64,000 nt of DNA from an uncultured Gemmatimonadales bacterium. GTDB lineage: Bacteria > Gemmatimonadota > Gemmatimonadetes > Gemmatimonadales > GWC2-71-9. Both the position numbers and the translations under genes were made by a program. The DNA is taken from assembly GCA_963751925.1 (NCBI GenBank), contig CAVVWJ010000002.1, forward strand, positions 1,702,560 to 1,766,559, given 5' to 3'. Positions 40,571 through 48,775 of the stretch are shown here, one piece after another. Numbering within the stretch: position 1 is the stretch's first letter; each line of letters starts with the position of its first letter. Below the pieces are notes generated by a model. That model made no database searches, was not told where the DNA came from, and was given only the letters and a program-made list of their open reading frames with translations.

Positions 40571-41301
40571 GCCTTCGTCCTCGTCCCCAGGTACAGCGCA
40601 CATACGCCCCCCATCAGCAACTCGTAGCGGACCTCGTCGAATCCCTGCGTCCGCATGCGCGCGGCCAAAGCCGGCGGCTCGGGAAAGGCAATCGTGGACT
40701 CTGGTAGCCAGGTATAGGCGGTCGTATGTTTCGAGATCAGGCGGCCGATTCGAGGCAAGATACGTCGGAAGTAGAACTGGTACCCCGCGCGAAGCAGACG
40801 GGGCTTTGGGAGAGCCATTTCGAGGATCACGAATGTCGCGCCCGGCTTTAGAACTCGGGCCGCCTCTGCCAGGCCGGCGTCGAGGTCAGCCAGATTTCGA
40901 ACTCCCCATCCCACCATGGCTCCATCGAACGCGGCATCGGGAAATGGCAGCTCGAGAGCATCCGCGTTGACAGGAGCCAACCCCTCGGCCTTGCGGCGGC
41001 CGAGCTCCAGCATCGGCCGTACGAAATCTGCCCCTACTACGCGACCTCGGAACCCTGGCCGGGCGGCGAGCGTGGCCGCGAAGTCCAGGGTTCCGGCGCA
41101 GAGATCGAGGTAGATTCCCTCCGGCTCACGCTCCCAACCCAAACAGGCGACTGCATACCTTCTCCACACCTGGTCCAGCCGGAAGCTGATGATGCGGTTG
41201 AGACGGTCGTAGGTGGGAGCGATCGCGGTGAAGATCGAGCGGACGTAGGCCCTCTTTTCCGGACCGCCTGAAACAGGTAACTGACGATCCGAGGCTAACA
41301 T
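40546..41301 (-). CDS. ubiE: Demethylmenaquinone/ubiquinone C-methyltransferase UbiE/MenG
   Basis: VRSIFTAIAPTYDRLNRIISF, SAM motif YLDLCAGTLD, GWGVRNL. Confidence 0.85.
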   Translation of the reverse strand: MLASDRQLPVSGGPEKRAYVRSIFTAIAPTYDRLNRIISFRLDQVWRRYAVACLGWEREPEGIYLDLCAGTLDFAATLAARPGFRGRVVGADFVRPMLELGRRKAEGLAPVNADALELPFPDAAFDGAMVGWGVRNLADLDAGLAEAARVLKPGATFVILEMALPKPRLLRAGYQFYFRRILPRIGRLISKHTTAYTWLPESTIAFPEPPALAARMRTQGFDEVRYELLMGGVCALYLGTRTKASTVNGKR

Positions 41302-41351
41302 AGACGCTGAATTTAGTCTCGCGGGAAGCCGCTTGGCAAGCCGAGGACCGG

Positions 41352-41957
41352 GTGCCTAGCAACGCTCCTGAATGGGCTGGTCTGACCGACCAGGAGGTGG
41401 TGCTACGGGCTCGCTCGGGTCTCGAGGCCGCCTATCGCGAGCTCATTCGCCGCTACGAACGTCCTCTGTTCGCCCTCCTCTTTCGTATGGTCCGGGATCG
41501 AGAGCTGGCGGAGGATCTGGCCCAGGAAACGTTCGTCAAAGCCCTCAATGCCATCGATTCCTACCGACCCGAATTCAAATTTTCATCCTGGATCTTCAAG
41601 ATAGGAAACAATGCCGCCATCGATCATCTCCGTCGGCGGGAGCTCGACACGCTCTCACTCGACGGATCTCCTCATGCCGAGACTCCCGAGGCGATGCAGG
41701 CGACTGCGTTACAGATTGGCGCACGCCAGGAGTCACCTCTCGAGACGGTCGAAGCCAAGGAGCTCGGTGGCGCCATCGAAGCTGCTATCGGAACCCTCCG
41801 GCCGGAGTACCGGGCCTGCATTCTGCTTCGGCACGTAGAAGGGCGCCCCTATGAGGAAATCGCCGAAATTCTGAACCTCCCACTCGGGACCGTGAAGACG
41901 TATATCCATCGCGCCCGCAACGAGCTGCGACAGTCACTGGCCCACCTCAAAGAATGA
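41352..41957 (+). CDS. ECF-type RNA polymerase sigma factor
   Basis: Region 2 ELIRRYERPLFALLFRMV..DLAQETFVKA. Region 4 YEEIAEILNLPLGTVKTYIHRARNEL. Confidence 0.85.
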   Translation: MPSNAPEWAGLTDQEVVLRARSGLEAAYRELIRRYERPLFALLFRMVRDRELAEDLAQETFVKALNAIDSYRPEFKFSSWIFKIGNNAAIDHLRRRELDTLSLDGSPHAETPEAMQATALQIGARQESPLETVEAKELGGAIEAAIGTLRPEYRACILLRHVEGRPYEEIAEILNLPLGTVKTYIHRARNELRQSLAHLKE

Positions 41958-41994
41958 AACCTTCACTTTCACCTCAACGTAGGAGGGTCCACTT

Positions 41995-42603
41995 ATGACC
42001 CGCCCCTCCGGATCCCACCTCTCGCCGGACGAGATCGACTCCTGGCTTGCGGGAGCGCTCACTCTGGACGCGCAGCGCCATCTCGATCGCTGCCAGGAGT
42101 GCCTCGAGCTCGCTCACGCGGAACGTGAGATGGTGGACCAAATCGCAGCGCTGCCGTTGATGAGTCCCCGACCGGAATTTGCCAACAGCGTCATGGCGTC
42201 CGTCATCGTTCCCGACCCATTCGCCATTCGCTCCATACAAGCCAGTCGCCGCCGTCTCTTCGCCACCCCGAAGTCGCTGGCTACCGCCGCCAGTCTCATG
42301 CTGCTGCTGGTGGGCTCGATGGCAGGAAGCATCGTTTGGACGCTGACGCATCAGGCAACGGTGGCATCGATTGGAGCTTGGCTTGCCGCGCAGGGTGGAC
42401 AGTTCGCCTGGCTGGGGCTCCGAGGGCTGGCATCCAACTTCATCGAGCAGCCGTGGTATGGCAGCCTGCGCTCGATGCTGGAGAATCCAGGCCGCCTGGC
42501 GCTGGCTTCGGGTCTGGCATCGCTCTGCTACCTGGTGGGAATCGTCGCGCTCCGGCGCCTGCTGGCTCTCCCCACCCAGCAGGTGGCACATGCGAACAGT
42601 TAG
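41995..42603 (+). CDS. Membrane anti-sigma factor (zf-HC2-like)
   Basis: H-x3-C-x2-C (HLDRCQEC) near the N-terminus, then hydrophobic helices. Lies immediately downstream of the ECF sigma gene. Confidence 0.6.
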   Translation: MTRPSGSHLSPDEIDSWLAGALTLDAQRHLDRCQECLELAHAEREMVDQIAALPLMSPRPEFANSVMASVIVPDPFAIRSIQASRRRLFATPKSLATAASLMLLLVGSMAGSIVWTLTHQATVASIGAWLAAQGGQFAWLGLRGLASNFIEQPWYGSLRSMLENPGRLALASGLASLCYLVGIVALRRLLALPTQQVAHANS

Positions 42604-43876
42604 AGGGCGCGCCCTACTGGTTGTCCTGATCAATCTCGCCAGCCACAACGCTCTCTGGGCCGCTACCCCGCCCAGGGTGACAGGTGCCAGTACGGCTCGA
42701 CTGGTGCACAACTTCTGGACTCTGATGGCGACGGTGTCGAACCGGGCTCAGCCACGACTTCAAGTGCCCGAGCACCGGACTGCGCCGCAGCCGATAGCTT
42801 CGGGCGGTCCCTCAGTGGACCTCGGAGATCTCAGCGCACCCACAAAGGTAGAAGCCCGGCTCCGTTCCGCTCTCTCCAGCAAAGGAAACGACCTCCGGCT
42901 CACCGTCCCGGGCGGGCATGCCCGCCGTGGCGACTTCAGCCTGGGGTCTTCCGAAAGCCTTAGTGGACATCTTCTGGTGGTCGATGGGAATGCGGATATC
43001 TACGGCACGTTGAATGGGAATCTCGTAACGGTCGATGGCAACGTGACCGTACATCAGGGAGGAGTGGTCTCGGGAGACGTCCTCACGCTCGGCGGCGAGG
43101 TTCGGGACGAGGGCGGCGAGATCGGTGGTGAAGTCAGGATGCTCAGGACCGCCGCGCAGCCTGCTCCGGTCGCAACCAAGGTCGAGGCCATCTCCCCAAT
43201 TCAAAGCATCCTGCGTCGAACCGCTGGTCTCATGGGAGTCTTCTTGAGTTTGGCTGCTCTTGGCTTCGGCCTGGTGATGTTCGGCCGGCAGAACCTCGAG
43301 ATCGTATCCGACACGGTTTCCCACTCGTTCGGGCGCGCGTTCATCACTGGACTTCTCGGCCAGATCCTGGTGCTACCCACCTTTGGAATGCTGGTGGTCG
43401 GCCTGATCCTGAGCGTGGCGGGAATTCTCCTGTTGCCCTTTGCGGTGGCGGTGTTCGCCATGCTCGTCGTCATCGGCGTTGTGGGCGGGTACCTGGCCGT
43501 GGCCCATGCGATGGGAGAGACCTACATCCGCAGGCGGATGGCGCTCGGCGTCGTTATCGGCTCGCCCAACAGCTACCGCTATCTCCTGGTGGGATTGGTG
43601 GCGCTCGCGAGCCTCTGGGCCGCTTGGGCGATCTTCGGCTGGGTGCCCGTCGCGGGAAGCATCATCTGGGGAACCGCCTTCTTCGTGAGCTGGCTCCTGG
43701 GCACGGCCGGATTTGGCGCCGCGTTGCTGAGCCGAGCTGGAATAAAGGAAAACTTCGCCGGCCGGATCCTTCCGCCCGAGGCTCTCACCGACGAATACCT
43801 CTGGGCCACCCCGCAATTCGGAGTACAGGCGGCCCGGCGTCCTGGAAGCGGCCGCACTCCAACCCGAGGGCTCTGA
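42590..43876 (+). CDS. Bactofilin-like (polymer-forming beta-helix) domain protein with C-terminal multi-TM region
   Basis: Signal MRTVRGRALLVVLINLASHNALWA. LVVDGNADIYGTLNGNLVTVDGNVTVHQGGVVSGDVLTLGGEVRDEGGEIGGEV. At least 4 hydrophobic helices follow. Start overlaps the anti-sigma gene by 14 nt. Confidence 0.55.
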   Translation: MRTVRGRALLVVLINLASHNALWAATPPRVTGASTARLVHNFWTLMATVSNRAQPRLQVPEHRTAPQPIASGGPSVDLGDLSAPTKVEARLRSALSSKGNDLRLTVPGGHARRGDFSLGSSESLSGHLLVVDGNADIYGTLNGNLVTVDGNVTVHQGGVVSGDVLTLGGEVRDEGGEIGGEVRMLRTAAQPAPVATKVEAISPIQSILRRTAGLMGVFLSLAALGFGLVMFGRQNLEIVSDTVSHSFGRAFITGLLGQILVLPTFGMLVVGLILSVAGILLLPFAVAVFAMLVVIGVVGGYLAVAHAMGETYIRRRMALGVVIGSPNSYRYLLVGLVALASLWAAWAIFGWVPVAGSIIWGTAFFVSWLLGTAGFGAALLSRAGIKENFAGRILPPEALTDEYLWATPQFGVQAARRPGSGRTPTRGL

Positions 43877-43878
43877 CG

Positions 43879-44721
43879 TTGCGCGCGACCGCCCTCTTGG
43901 CCGGCCTCACTCTCTGGTCGGCCGCCGCTTCCGCGCAGACAATGCGCCCGTTTACCACCTTCCGGCAGATGCACGGGGAGACTCGCCTGACAGCGCGGCT
44001 GGAGTACGCCGCCGGCAGCCTTCGGCTGGGCGCGGGCCGGCCCAACGAGCTGTACCGGATGGACCTCTCCTACGATCAGGATCGTTTCCTGCCGATCAGC
44101 GACTTCGATATTTCGAGCGCTACGGCTGTGCTCGGCCTCAAGGCGGAGGGCGTAGGCGGAGTACGTGTCATCTCTCGGCATCAGCTTCAGCAGGTCGCGG
44201 CGGTCACCATTTCGCCCCGGGTAGATCTGGCGCTCGACCTCACATTGGGCGCGACCGATGCCGATGTGGAGCTGGGTGGCCTAAGGCTGACCGACCTGGA
44301 CCTCAAGACCGGTGCGAGCCAGGCAGTAGTTCGATTCTCTCAGCCGAATAAGATCCGCTGCCGCCATGCAACCGTCAGCGCGGGGGCAGCAGAGATCTCG
44401 TTTCTCGGTTTGGGGAACAGCCGCTGCGACAGTTTCGATTTCGAAGGGGGAGTCGGCAAGATCACGCTCGATTTCGGGGGAAGCTGGAGTTCCAGTACCC
44501 GGGCGTCAGTGAAGATGGCGATGGGGGAATTGACACTCCGTTTGCCTCGACAAGCGGGGGTCCGCCTCACAATGGACAAGTTCCTCTCGCACTTCGACCC
44601 GGCGGGCCTCGTTCGTAGAGGCAATGAATTCGTCTCTCCAGGATATGCCAGCGCCGAGCGGCATCTCGACCTGGACCTCACGACGGCGGTGGGCGGCGTG
44701 AACGTCGAGTGGGTGGAATAA
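43879..44721 (+). CDS. Secreted repetitive beta-strand protein (DUF4097/toast-rack-like)
   Basis: TTG start 3 nt after the upstream stop. Signal LLAGLTLWSAAASAQ. Repeated units LDLTLGATDADVELGG / LDLKTGASQAVVRF / VSAGAAEISF / GGVGKITLDFGG / MAMGELTLRL. Confidence 0.45.
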   Translation: MRATALLAGLTLWSAAASAQTMRPFTTFRQMHGETRLTARLEYAAGSLRLGAGRPNELYRMDLSYDQDRFLPISDFDISSATAVLGLKAEGVGGVRVISRHQLQQVAAVTISPRVDLALDLTLGATDADVELGGLRLTDLDLKTGASQAVVRFSQPNKIRCRHATVSAGAAEISFLGLGNSRCDSFDFEGGVGKITLDFGGSWSSSTRASVKMAMGELTLRLPRQAGVRLTMDKFLSHFDPAGLVRRGNEFVSPGYASAERHLDLDLTTAVGGVNVEWVE

Positions 44722-44742
44722 GAAGAGAAGCTATGAAGCTGT

Positions 44743-44829
44743 GAGCTAGGAGCTAGGAGCTAGGAGCTAGGAGCTAGGAGTAGGGAGGAGCTAGGAGCTA
44801 GGGAGCTAGGAGCTAGGAGCTAGGAGCTA
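44743..44829. repeat. Tandem heptanucleotide array, about 12 copies of GAGCTAG
   Basis: Five perfect copies, a degenerate gagtagg-gag, two copies, an extra g, then three copies plus a partial one. Because the period is 7, TAG falls in all three frames on both strands. Confidence 0.9.
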
Positions 44830-44861
44830 ACCGCCGAATTTTGAGCACGGGGTTAGGGGCG

Positions 44862-44945
44862 TTCCCGCTGTTCTCTTCCCGCTTACCGCTTACGGTTTCC
44901 TCTCACCTCCCGCCTCCCTCTTACTTCTCCCCTCTCTCCTCTTAC
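44862..44945. repeat. Pyrimidine-rich heptad-periodic block (12 x 7 nt: TTCCCGC / TTACCGC / CTCTTAC words)
   Basis: ttcccgc tgttctc ttcccgc ttaccgc ttacggt ttcctct cacctcc cgcctcc ctcttac ttctccc ctctctc ctcttac. Ends 9 nt before the downstream ATG. Confidence 0.7.
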
Positions 44946-44954
44946 CTTCAAATC

Positions 44955-45575
44955 ATGTCACCGCTCGACACCCTGGGCTTCGCGCTCGGCACCTCGTTCG
45001 CTTCCGGGCTCAACCTTTACGCCACGGTAGCGGCGGCAGGACTGTTCCAGCGGTTGGGCATCGTTCAGCTCCCGGAATCATTGCAGGTCCTGGCCAATCC
45101 GATCGTCCTCGGCGTCGCCCTCACGCTGTTCCTCATTGAGTTCATTGCCGACAAGATCCCCTACATCGACAGCGCCTGGGACGCGGTTCACACGTTCATC
45201 CGGCCACCTGCCGCCGCTGTGCTCTCCTATAGTGCGTTCGGGCACGTACCCGAAGAGTGGAAGATCGGCGCGGCGTTGCTCGCCGGCGGAGTGGCCCTCA
45301 GCTCCCATGGTGCCAAGGCAACCACCCGCGCGGCCGTAAATGCCAGCCCCGAGCCGGTGAGCAACTGGACGTTGAGCATCCTGGAAGACGGATTCGCGGT
45401 GTTTTTGGCGTGGATGGCAGCGGCGCACCCGATACTGACGGCTGGAATCGTCGTCGTCCTGGTGATCCTGGCCGTTCTGGTGATCTGGAAGCTGTTTGGA
45501 TTCTTGCGCCGGGGAATGGCTCGGCTGCGAGGAGAAACGGCGAGACCGGCCGCGCCGGTTGGCCCACCAAGCTAG
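44955..45575 (+). CDS. Integral membrane protein (DUF4126-like)
   Basis: MSPLDTLGFALGTSFASGLNLYATV..., FIADKIPYIDSAWD. Several TM helices. The 44841 ORF extension runs through the repeat block and was rejected. Confidence 0.5.
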   Translation: MSPLDTLGFALGTSFASGLNLYATVAAAGLFQRLGIVQLPESLQVLANPIVLGVALTLFLIEFIADKIPYIDSAWDAVHTFIRPPAAAVLSYSAFGHVPEEWKIGAALLAGGVALSSHGAKATTRAAVNASPEPVSNWTLSILEDGFAVFLAWMAAAHPILTAGIVVVLVILAVLVIWKLFGFLRRGMARLRGETARPAAPVGPPS

Positions 45576-45578
45576 TTG

Positions 45579-46337
45579 CTACCCTAGTCTAGCCCTCACC
45601 CTTCCGCCGACCCCGACGCCCAGACGGCGGGCAGCGGACCCATTCCGCACCGCAATCTCGATGGCCCCGCCAGAACCGATGTAGGCCAGCAGCCCGCCTG
45701 ACGTGACATCGTTGTAGGTGCGCCTCAGTGGACCGAGATCGAGGTCTTCTATTTCGAGTCTGGCATAGGTAGGCACCAGCTCGGTGGTCAGGTTGGTGAC
45801 CAGGCTGCCGAACCGATCGATATAGACGATCTCACCCACAACCGTCTTGCCCTCGAAGTGCGGCAGGGTGTAGGCCAGCCGCTCCGGAATGCCCTCGAAT
45901 TGCTCACCTAGAGCGTGGAGCGGCGTTCCGTTGACCAGTGCTGCGGCGGCAGGTGCAAAGAGATCTCGCCCATGAAACGTCGGCGCGGCGGTCTCCGGCG
46001 TGGGGAGCACGACGGCATCGACCTCCGCGTCTTTCAGCACGGGAGTGAACACACCATTGTCCGGTCCCACGAACCAGTGGGCGTGGGCTCCGAACGCAAG
46101 AGCGGCCCTGTTGGTGCCGACGCCAGGATCGATTACAGCCAGGTGAATCGTGCCGGGAGGGAACCGGAACCAGGTGCGCCCGATGATGTAGGCGCCGGAG
46201 CGTACATCCCCCGGTGCTATCGCATGGCTGACATCGACGATCACGGCTGCAGGCGCCCTGCTCAGAAGCACGCCTTTGACCTCGGCCACGTAAGAATCAG
46301 AGGTCCCGAAGTCGGTCGTGAGCGTGACGAAAGCCAT
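45579..46337 (-). CDS. SAM hydroxide adenosyltransferase (DUF62, chlorinase/fluorinase-like)
   Basis: MAFVTLTTDFGTSDSYVAEVKGVLL, HLAVIDPGVGT, GPDNGVF, HGRDLFAPAAA. Confidence 0.7.
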   Translation of the reverse strand: MAFVTLTTDFGTSDSYVAEVKGVLLSRAPAAVIVDVSHAIAPGDVRSGAYIIGRTWFRFPPGTIHLAVIDPGVGTNRAALAFGAHAHWFVGPDNGVFTPVLKDAEVDAVVLPTPETAAPTFHGRDLFAPAAAALVNGTPLHALGEQFEGIPERLAYTLPHFEGKTVVGEIVYIDRFGSLVTNLTTELVPTYARLEIEDLDLGPLRRTYNDVTSGGLLAYIGSGGAIEIAVRNGSAARRLGVGVGGRVRARLG

Positions 46338-46338
46338 C

Positions 46339-47439
46339 TTAGCCCCGGAGAATCGGGAGGGCTACGGTTCGTCCGGCGGTTTTTTGTTGGAGGATTTCGG
46401 CGATCTCGCGGAGGCTTTGCGCCGCGGCGCTCTCAGGCTGGGCCACGAGTATCGGCTGACCCGCATCGGCCAGAGCTGCGAGATCGGGCTGGAGTGGTAC
46501 GGTACCGAGAAAGGGGGCGCCAATCTCGTCGGCAAGGCGCTGGCCACCTCCCGATGAGAACAGGTCGAATCGCTTGCCGGTCTCGGGATCGGTGAAGCCG
46601 CTCATGTTCTCCACCACCCCGATTACGGGGACTCCAACCCGCTCGAACATCTTGGCGCCGCGAAGCGCATCCCCTACGGCGACTTCCTGAGGCGTCGTCA
46701 CAATAAGCGCCCCGGATACATGGGTCGCCTGGACCAAGGAGAGCTGAGCATCACCGGTCCCGGGTGGCAGGTCCACGATGAAATAGTCGAGCTGTCCCCA
46801 GTCCACGTCGCGCAGGAACTGATTCACGATTTTCATGATGATCGGTCCGCGCCAGATGGCCGGTGCGTCCCGCTCGATCAGGAACCCCAGAGACATCAAC
46901 TTGACGCCATGCGCCTCGAGCGGCTGGATCTTTCCGCCGAGCACCGCCGGGCGATCGAAGACGCCGAACATCCGGGGGATGTTGGGACCATAGACATCGG
47001 CATCCATGACAGCGACCTGGAATCCACTCTGCGCGAGCGCGACGGCCAGGTTCGCGGCAACCGTGGATTTGCCTACTCCCCCCTTGCCCGAGGAGACGGC
47101 GATGATCTTGCCCAGGTTGGGCTGGTCCATGGGGGTTGGAGCAGGCGGTGTTCCGCCGGTGGGCGGATTGTGAGTCGTACGAGCGGGGCCTGCCGGGTTG
47201 GCCACGTTGATCTTGATCTCGTCCTTCCGCACTCCCTCGACCGCCGCGACCGCGGCACGCGCGCTTCGAACCAGTGTAGCCGGATCTTCCGGCGCCAGAA
47301 GGAAAGTAAAGGTGACCTTTCCCTCGTCCGTGACGGTGAGGTCACGAATCATTCCGGCGGAGAGGAGGTCATTCTCCAGACGGGGATTCTGAATTTGCGC
47401 CAGCGCCGCCGTAACCCTGGCTTCGATCGATCCATCCAT
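46339..47439 (-). CDS. apbC: Fe-S cluster carrier ATPase Mrp/ApbC/NBP35
   Basis: N-terminal DUF59-like domain. Deviant Walker A VSSGKGGVGKST. DLPPGTGD. Confidence 0.9.
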   Translation of the reverse strand: MDGSIEARVTAALAQIQNPRLENDLLSAGMIRDLTVTDEGKVTFTFLLAPEDPATLVRSARAAVAAVEGVRKDEIKINVANPAGPARTTHNPPTGGTPPAPTPMDQPNLGKIIAVSSGKGGVGKSTVAANLAVALAQSGFQVAVMDADVYGPNIPRMFGVFDRPAVLGGKIQPLEAHGVKLMSLGFLIERDAPAIWRGPIIMKIVNQFLRDVDWGQLDYFIVDLPPGTGDAQLSLVQATHVSGALIVTTPQEVAVGDALRGAKMFERVGVPVIGVVENMSGFTDPETGKRFDLFSSGGGQRLADEIGAPFLGTVPLQPDLAALADAGQPILVAQPESAAAQSLREIAEILQQKTAGRTVALPILRG

Positions 47440-47442
47440 CGG

Positions 47443-47673
47443 TTACACCGCCTCTACGTGCTTGACTTCTGGCACCATCTCGCGGAGCCGGCTTTCGATG
47501 CCTTGCTTCAGAGTAATGGACGAAGCCGCGCAGCCGTGGCAGGTGCCGCCCAGACGCAGCAGCAGCCTGCCATCCTGCTCGTCAAAGTCCACGACTTCCA
47601 CCTGCCCCCGATGGGAGGCGATATATGGCCGAAGCGTGTCCAAGGTTTTTTCGATGCGATCGATCGTATCCAT
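47443..47673 (-). CDS. NifU-like (Nfu C-terminal domain) Fe-S scaffold protein
   Basis: LRPYIASHRGQVEVVDF...LRLGGTCHGCAASSITLKQGIE (CxxC). Confidence 0.75.
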   Translation of the reverse strand: MDTIDRIEKTLDTLRPYIASHRGQVEVVDFDEQDGRLLLRLGGTCHGCAASSITLKQGIESRLREMVPEVKHVEAV

Positions 47674-47721
47674 GCGCCACCAGACGAGGAATCCCTACTC
47701 CAGAAGTCGGAATATAATGAC

Positions 47722-48759
47722 TTATCTCTTGGCCCCCGACCCATTCGTTCCCAGGTAGGCGCGGGCGGCCTGGAGCACCGTGCTCTGAACCTCGGCCAAA
47801 GAACCGGTCAGAGAGAGGCCCGCGGCCTTGGTGTGTCCGCCACCGCCATATGCTTTGGCGAAGGCAGCCACATCGACATCTCCGACGGACCGGAGCGACA
47901 CCTTGACCCGGCCCTGGGAGATCTCGCGAAACAGGAGCGCCATTCTCACTCCCTCGATTGATCGCGGAAACTCCACCACACCATCCAGATCGTCCGAAGA
48001 GACACCGAGCCGCTCGATCGCACCCGGGGGAACCGTCACCCACGCCAACCCAAACTCGTGTTCAACCACCAGCGTCTGCAAAGCCTCGGCGAACAGACGG
48101 GGCCGTCCCTCCGGCGCACGGGCGTACACCTCCAGATAGATCTCCTCGGCATCTACTCCGATCTCCAACAGATCAGCAGCCACGCGCAGGGTTCGCGGGC
48201 GAGTGTTGCTGAACCGGAAGCCCCCAGTATCCGTGAGGATCGCCACGTACAGGGCACGCGCCACTGCCTGAGTGATGGGCCAGTTATTTCCTTTGGCGAG
48301 CTCGAAGATCAACTCACCCGTGGCGGCCGCTTCAGCGTCGAGGTAACGGGGCCCGTCGGGCAGGATGCCGGCACTGACGTGGTGATCTACACAGGCAACG
48401 GGAACACCCCGTTCCCTGACCGTCTCGATGAGCATGCCCAGCCGCGTCAGATCGGAGATGTCCAGAACAACAATGACATCGGCGCGGCGCAGCTCACGCA
48501 CGGCTTCGCCGGTGTGATCGACACCCGGGAGGTCATCGAACAGAAAGCTGAAGCGGGGTGGAGTTGGCGTCGGATTGGTGATGATGGGATCCAGACCCTG
48601 GCCTCTCAGCAGGTGGACCAGCGCCACCTCACTGCCAAGTCCGTCACCATCGGGATTCACATGGGTAGTAATGCAGACCCGCTGCCCGGGCCGGAACGCT
48701 GCGGCGAAGTTTGCCGCCAGAGCGGCCTTCTCGGGCGAGAGGGAAAGCGGCATTTCCAA
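47722..48759 (-). CDS. nrnA: DHH-family oligoribonuclease/pAp phosphatase NrnA
   Basis: HVNPDGDGLGSE, VDHHVS (DHH), GGGHTKAAG (DHHA1). Confidence 0.75.
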   Translation of the reverse strand: MEMPLSLSPEKAALAANFAAAFRPGQRVCITTHVNPDGDGLGSEVALVHLLRGQGLDPIITNPTPTPPRFSFLFDDLPGVDHTGEAVRELRRADVIVVLDISDLTRLGMLIETVRERGVPVACVDHHVSAGILPDGPRYLDAEAAATGELIFELAKGNNWPITQAVARALYVAILTDTGGFRFSNTRPRTLRVAADLLEIGVDAEEIYLEVYARAPEGRPRLFAEALQTLVVEHEFGLAWVTVPPGAIERLGVSSDDLDGVVEFPRSIEGVRMALLFREISQGRVKVSLRSVGDVDVAAFAKAYGGGGHTKAAGLSLTGSLAEVQSTVLQAARAYLGTNGSGAKR

Positions 48760-48775
48760 TACTAACCAACAAAGC

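Noticed and set aside
44743-44829. Possible CRISPR array, because of the regular short repeats.
   Set aside because: The repeat unit is only 7 nt, the copies are directly adjacent with no unique spacers, and no cas genes are present. It is a microsatellite-type tandem repeat.
44841-44954. Upstream extension of the DUF4126-like ORF.
   Set aside because: It runs through the pyrimidine heptad block and translates to a low-complexity Ser/Pro/Leu string. ATG 44955 begins the conserved membrane-protein sequence.
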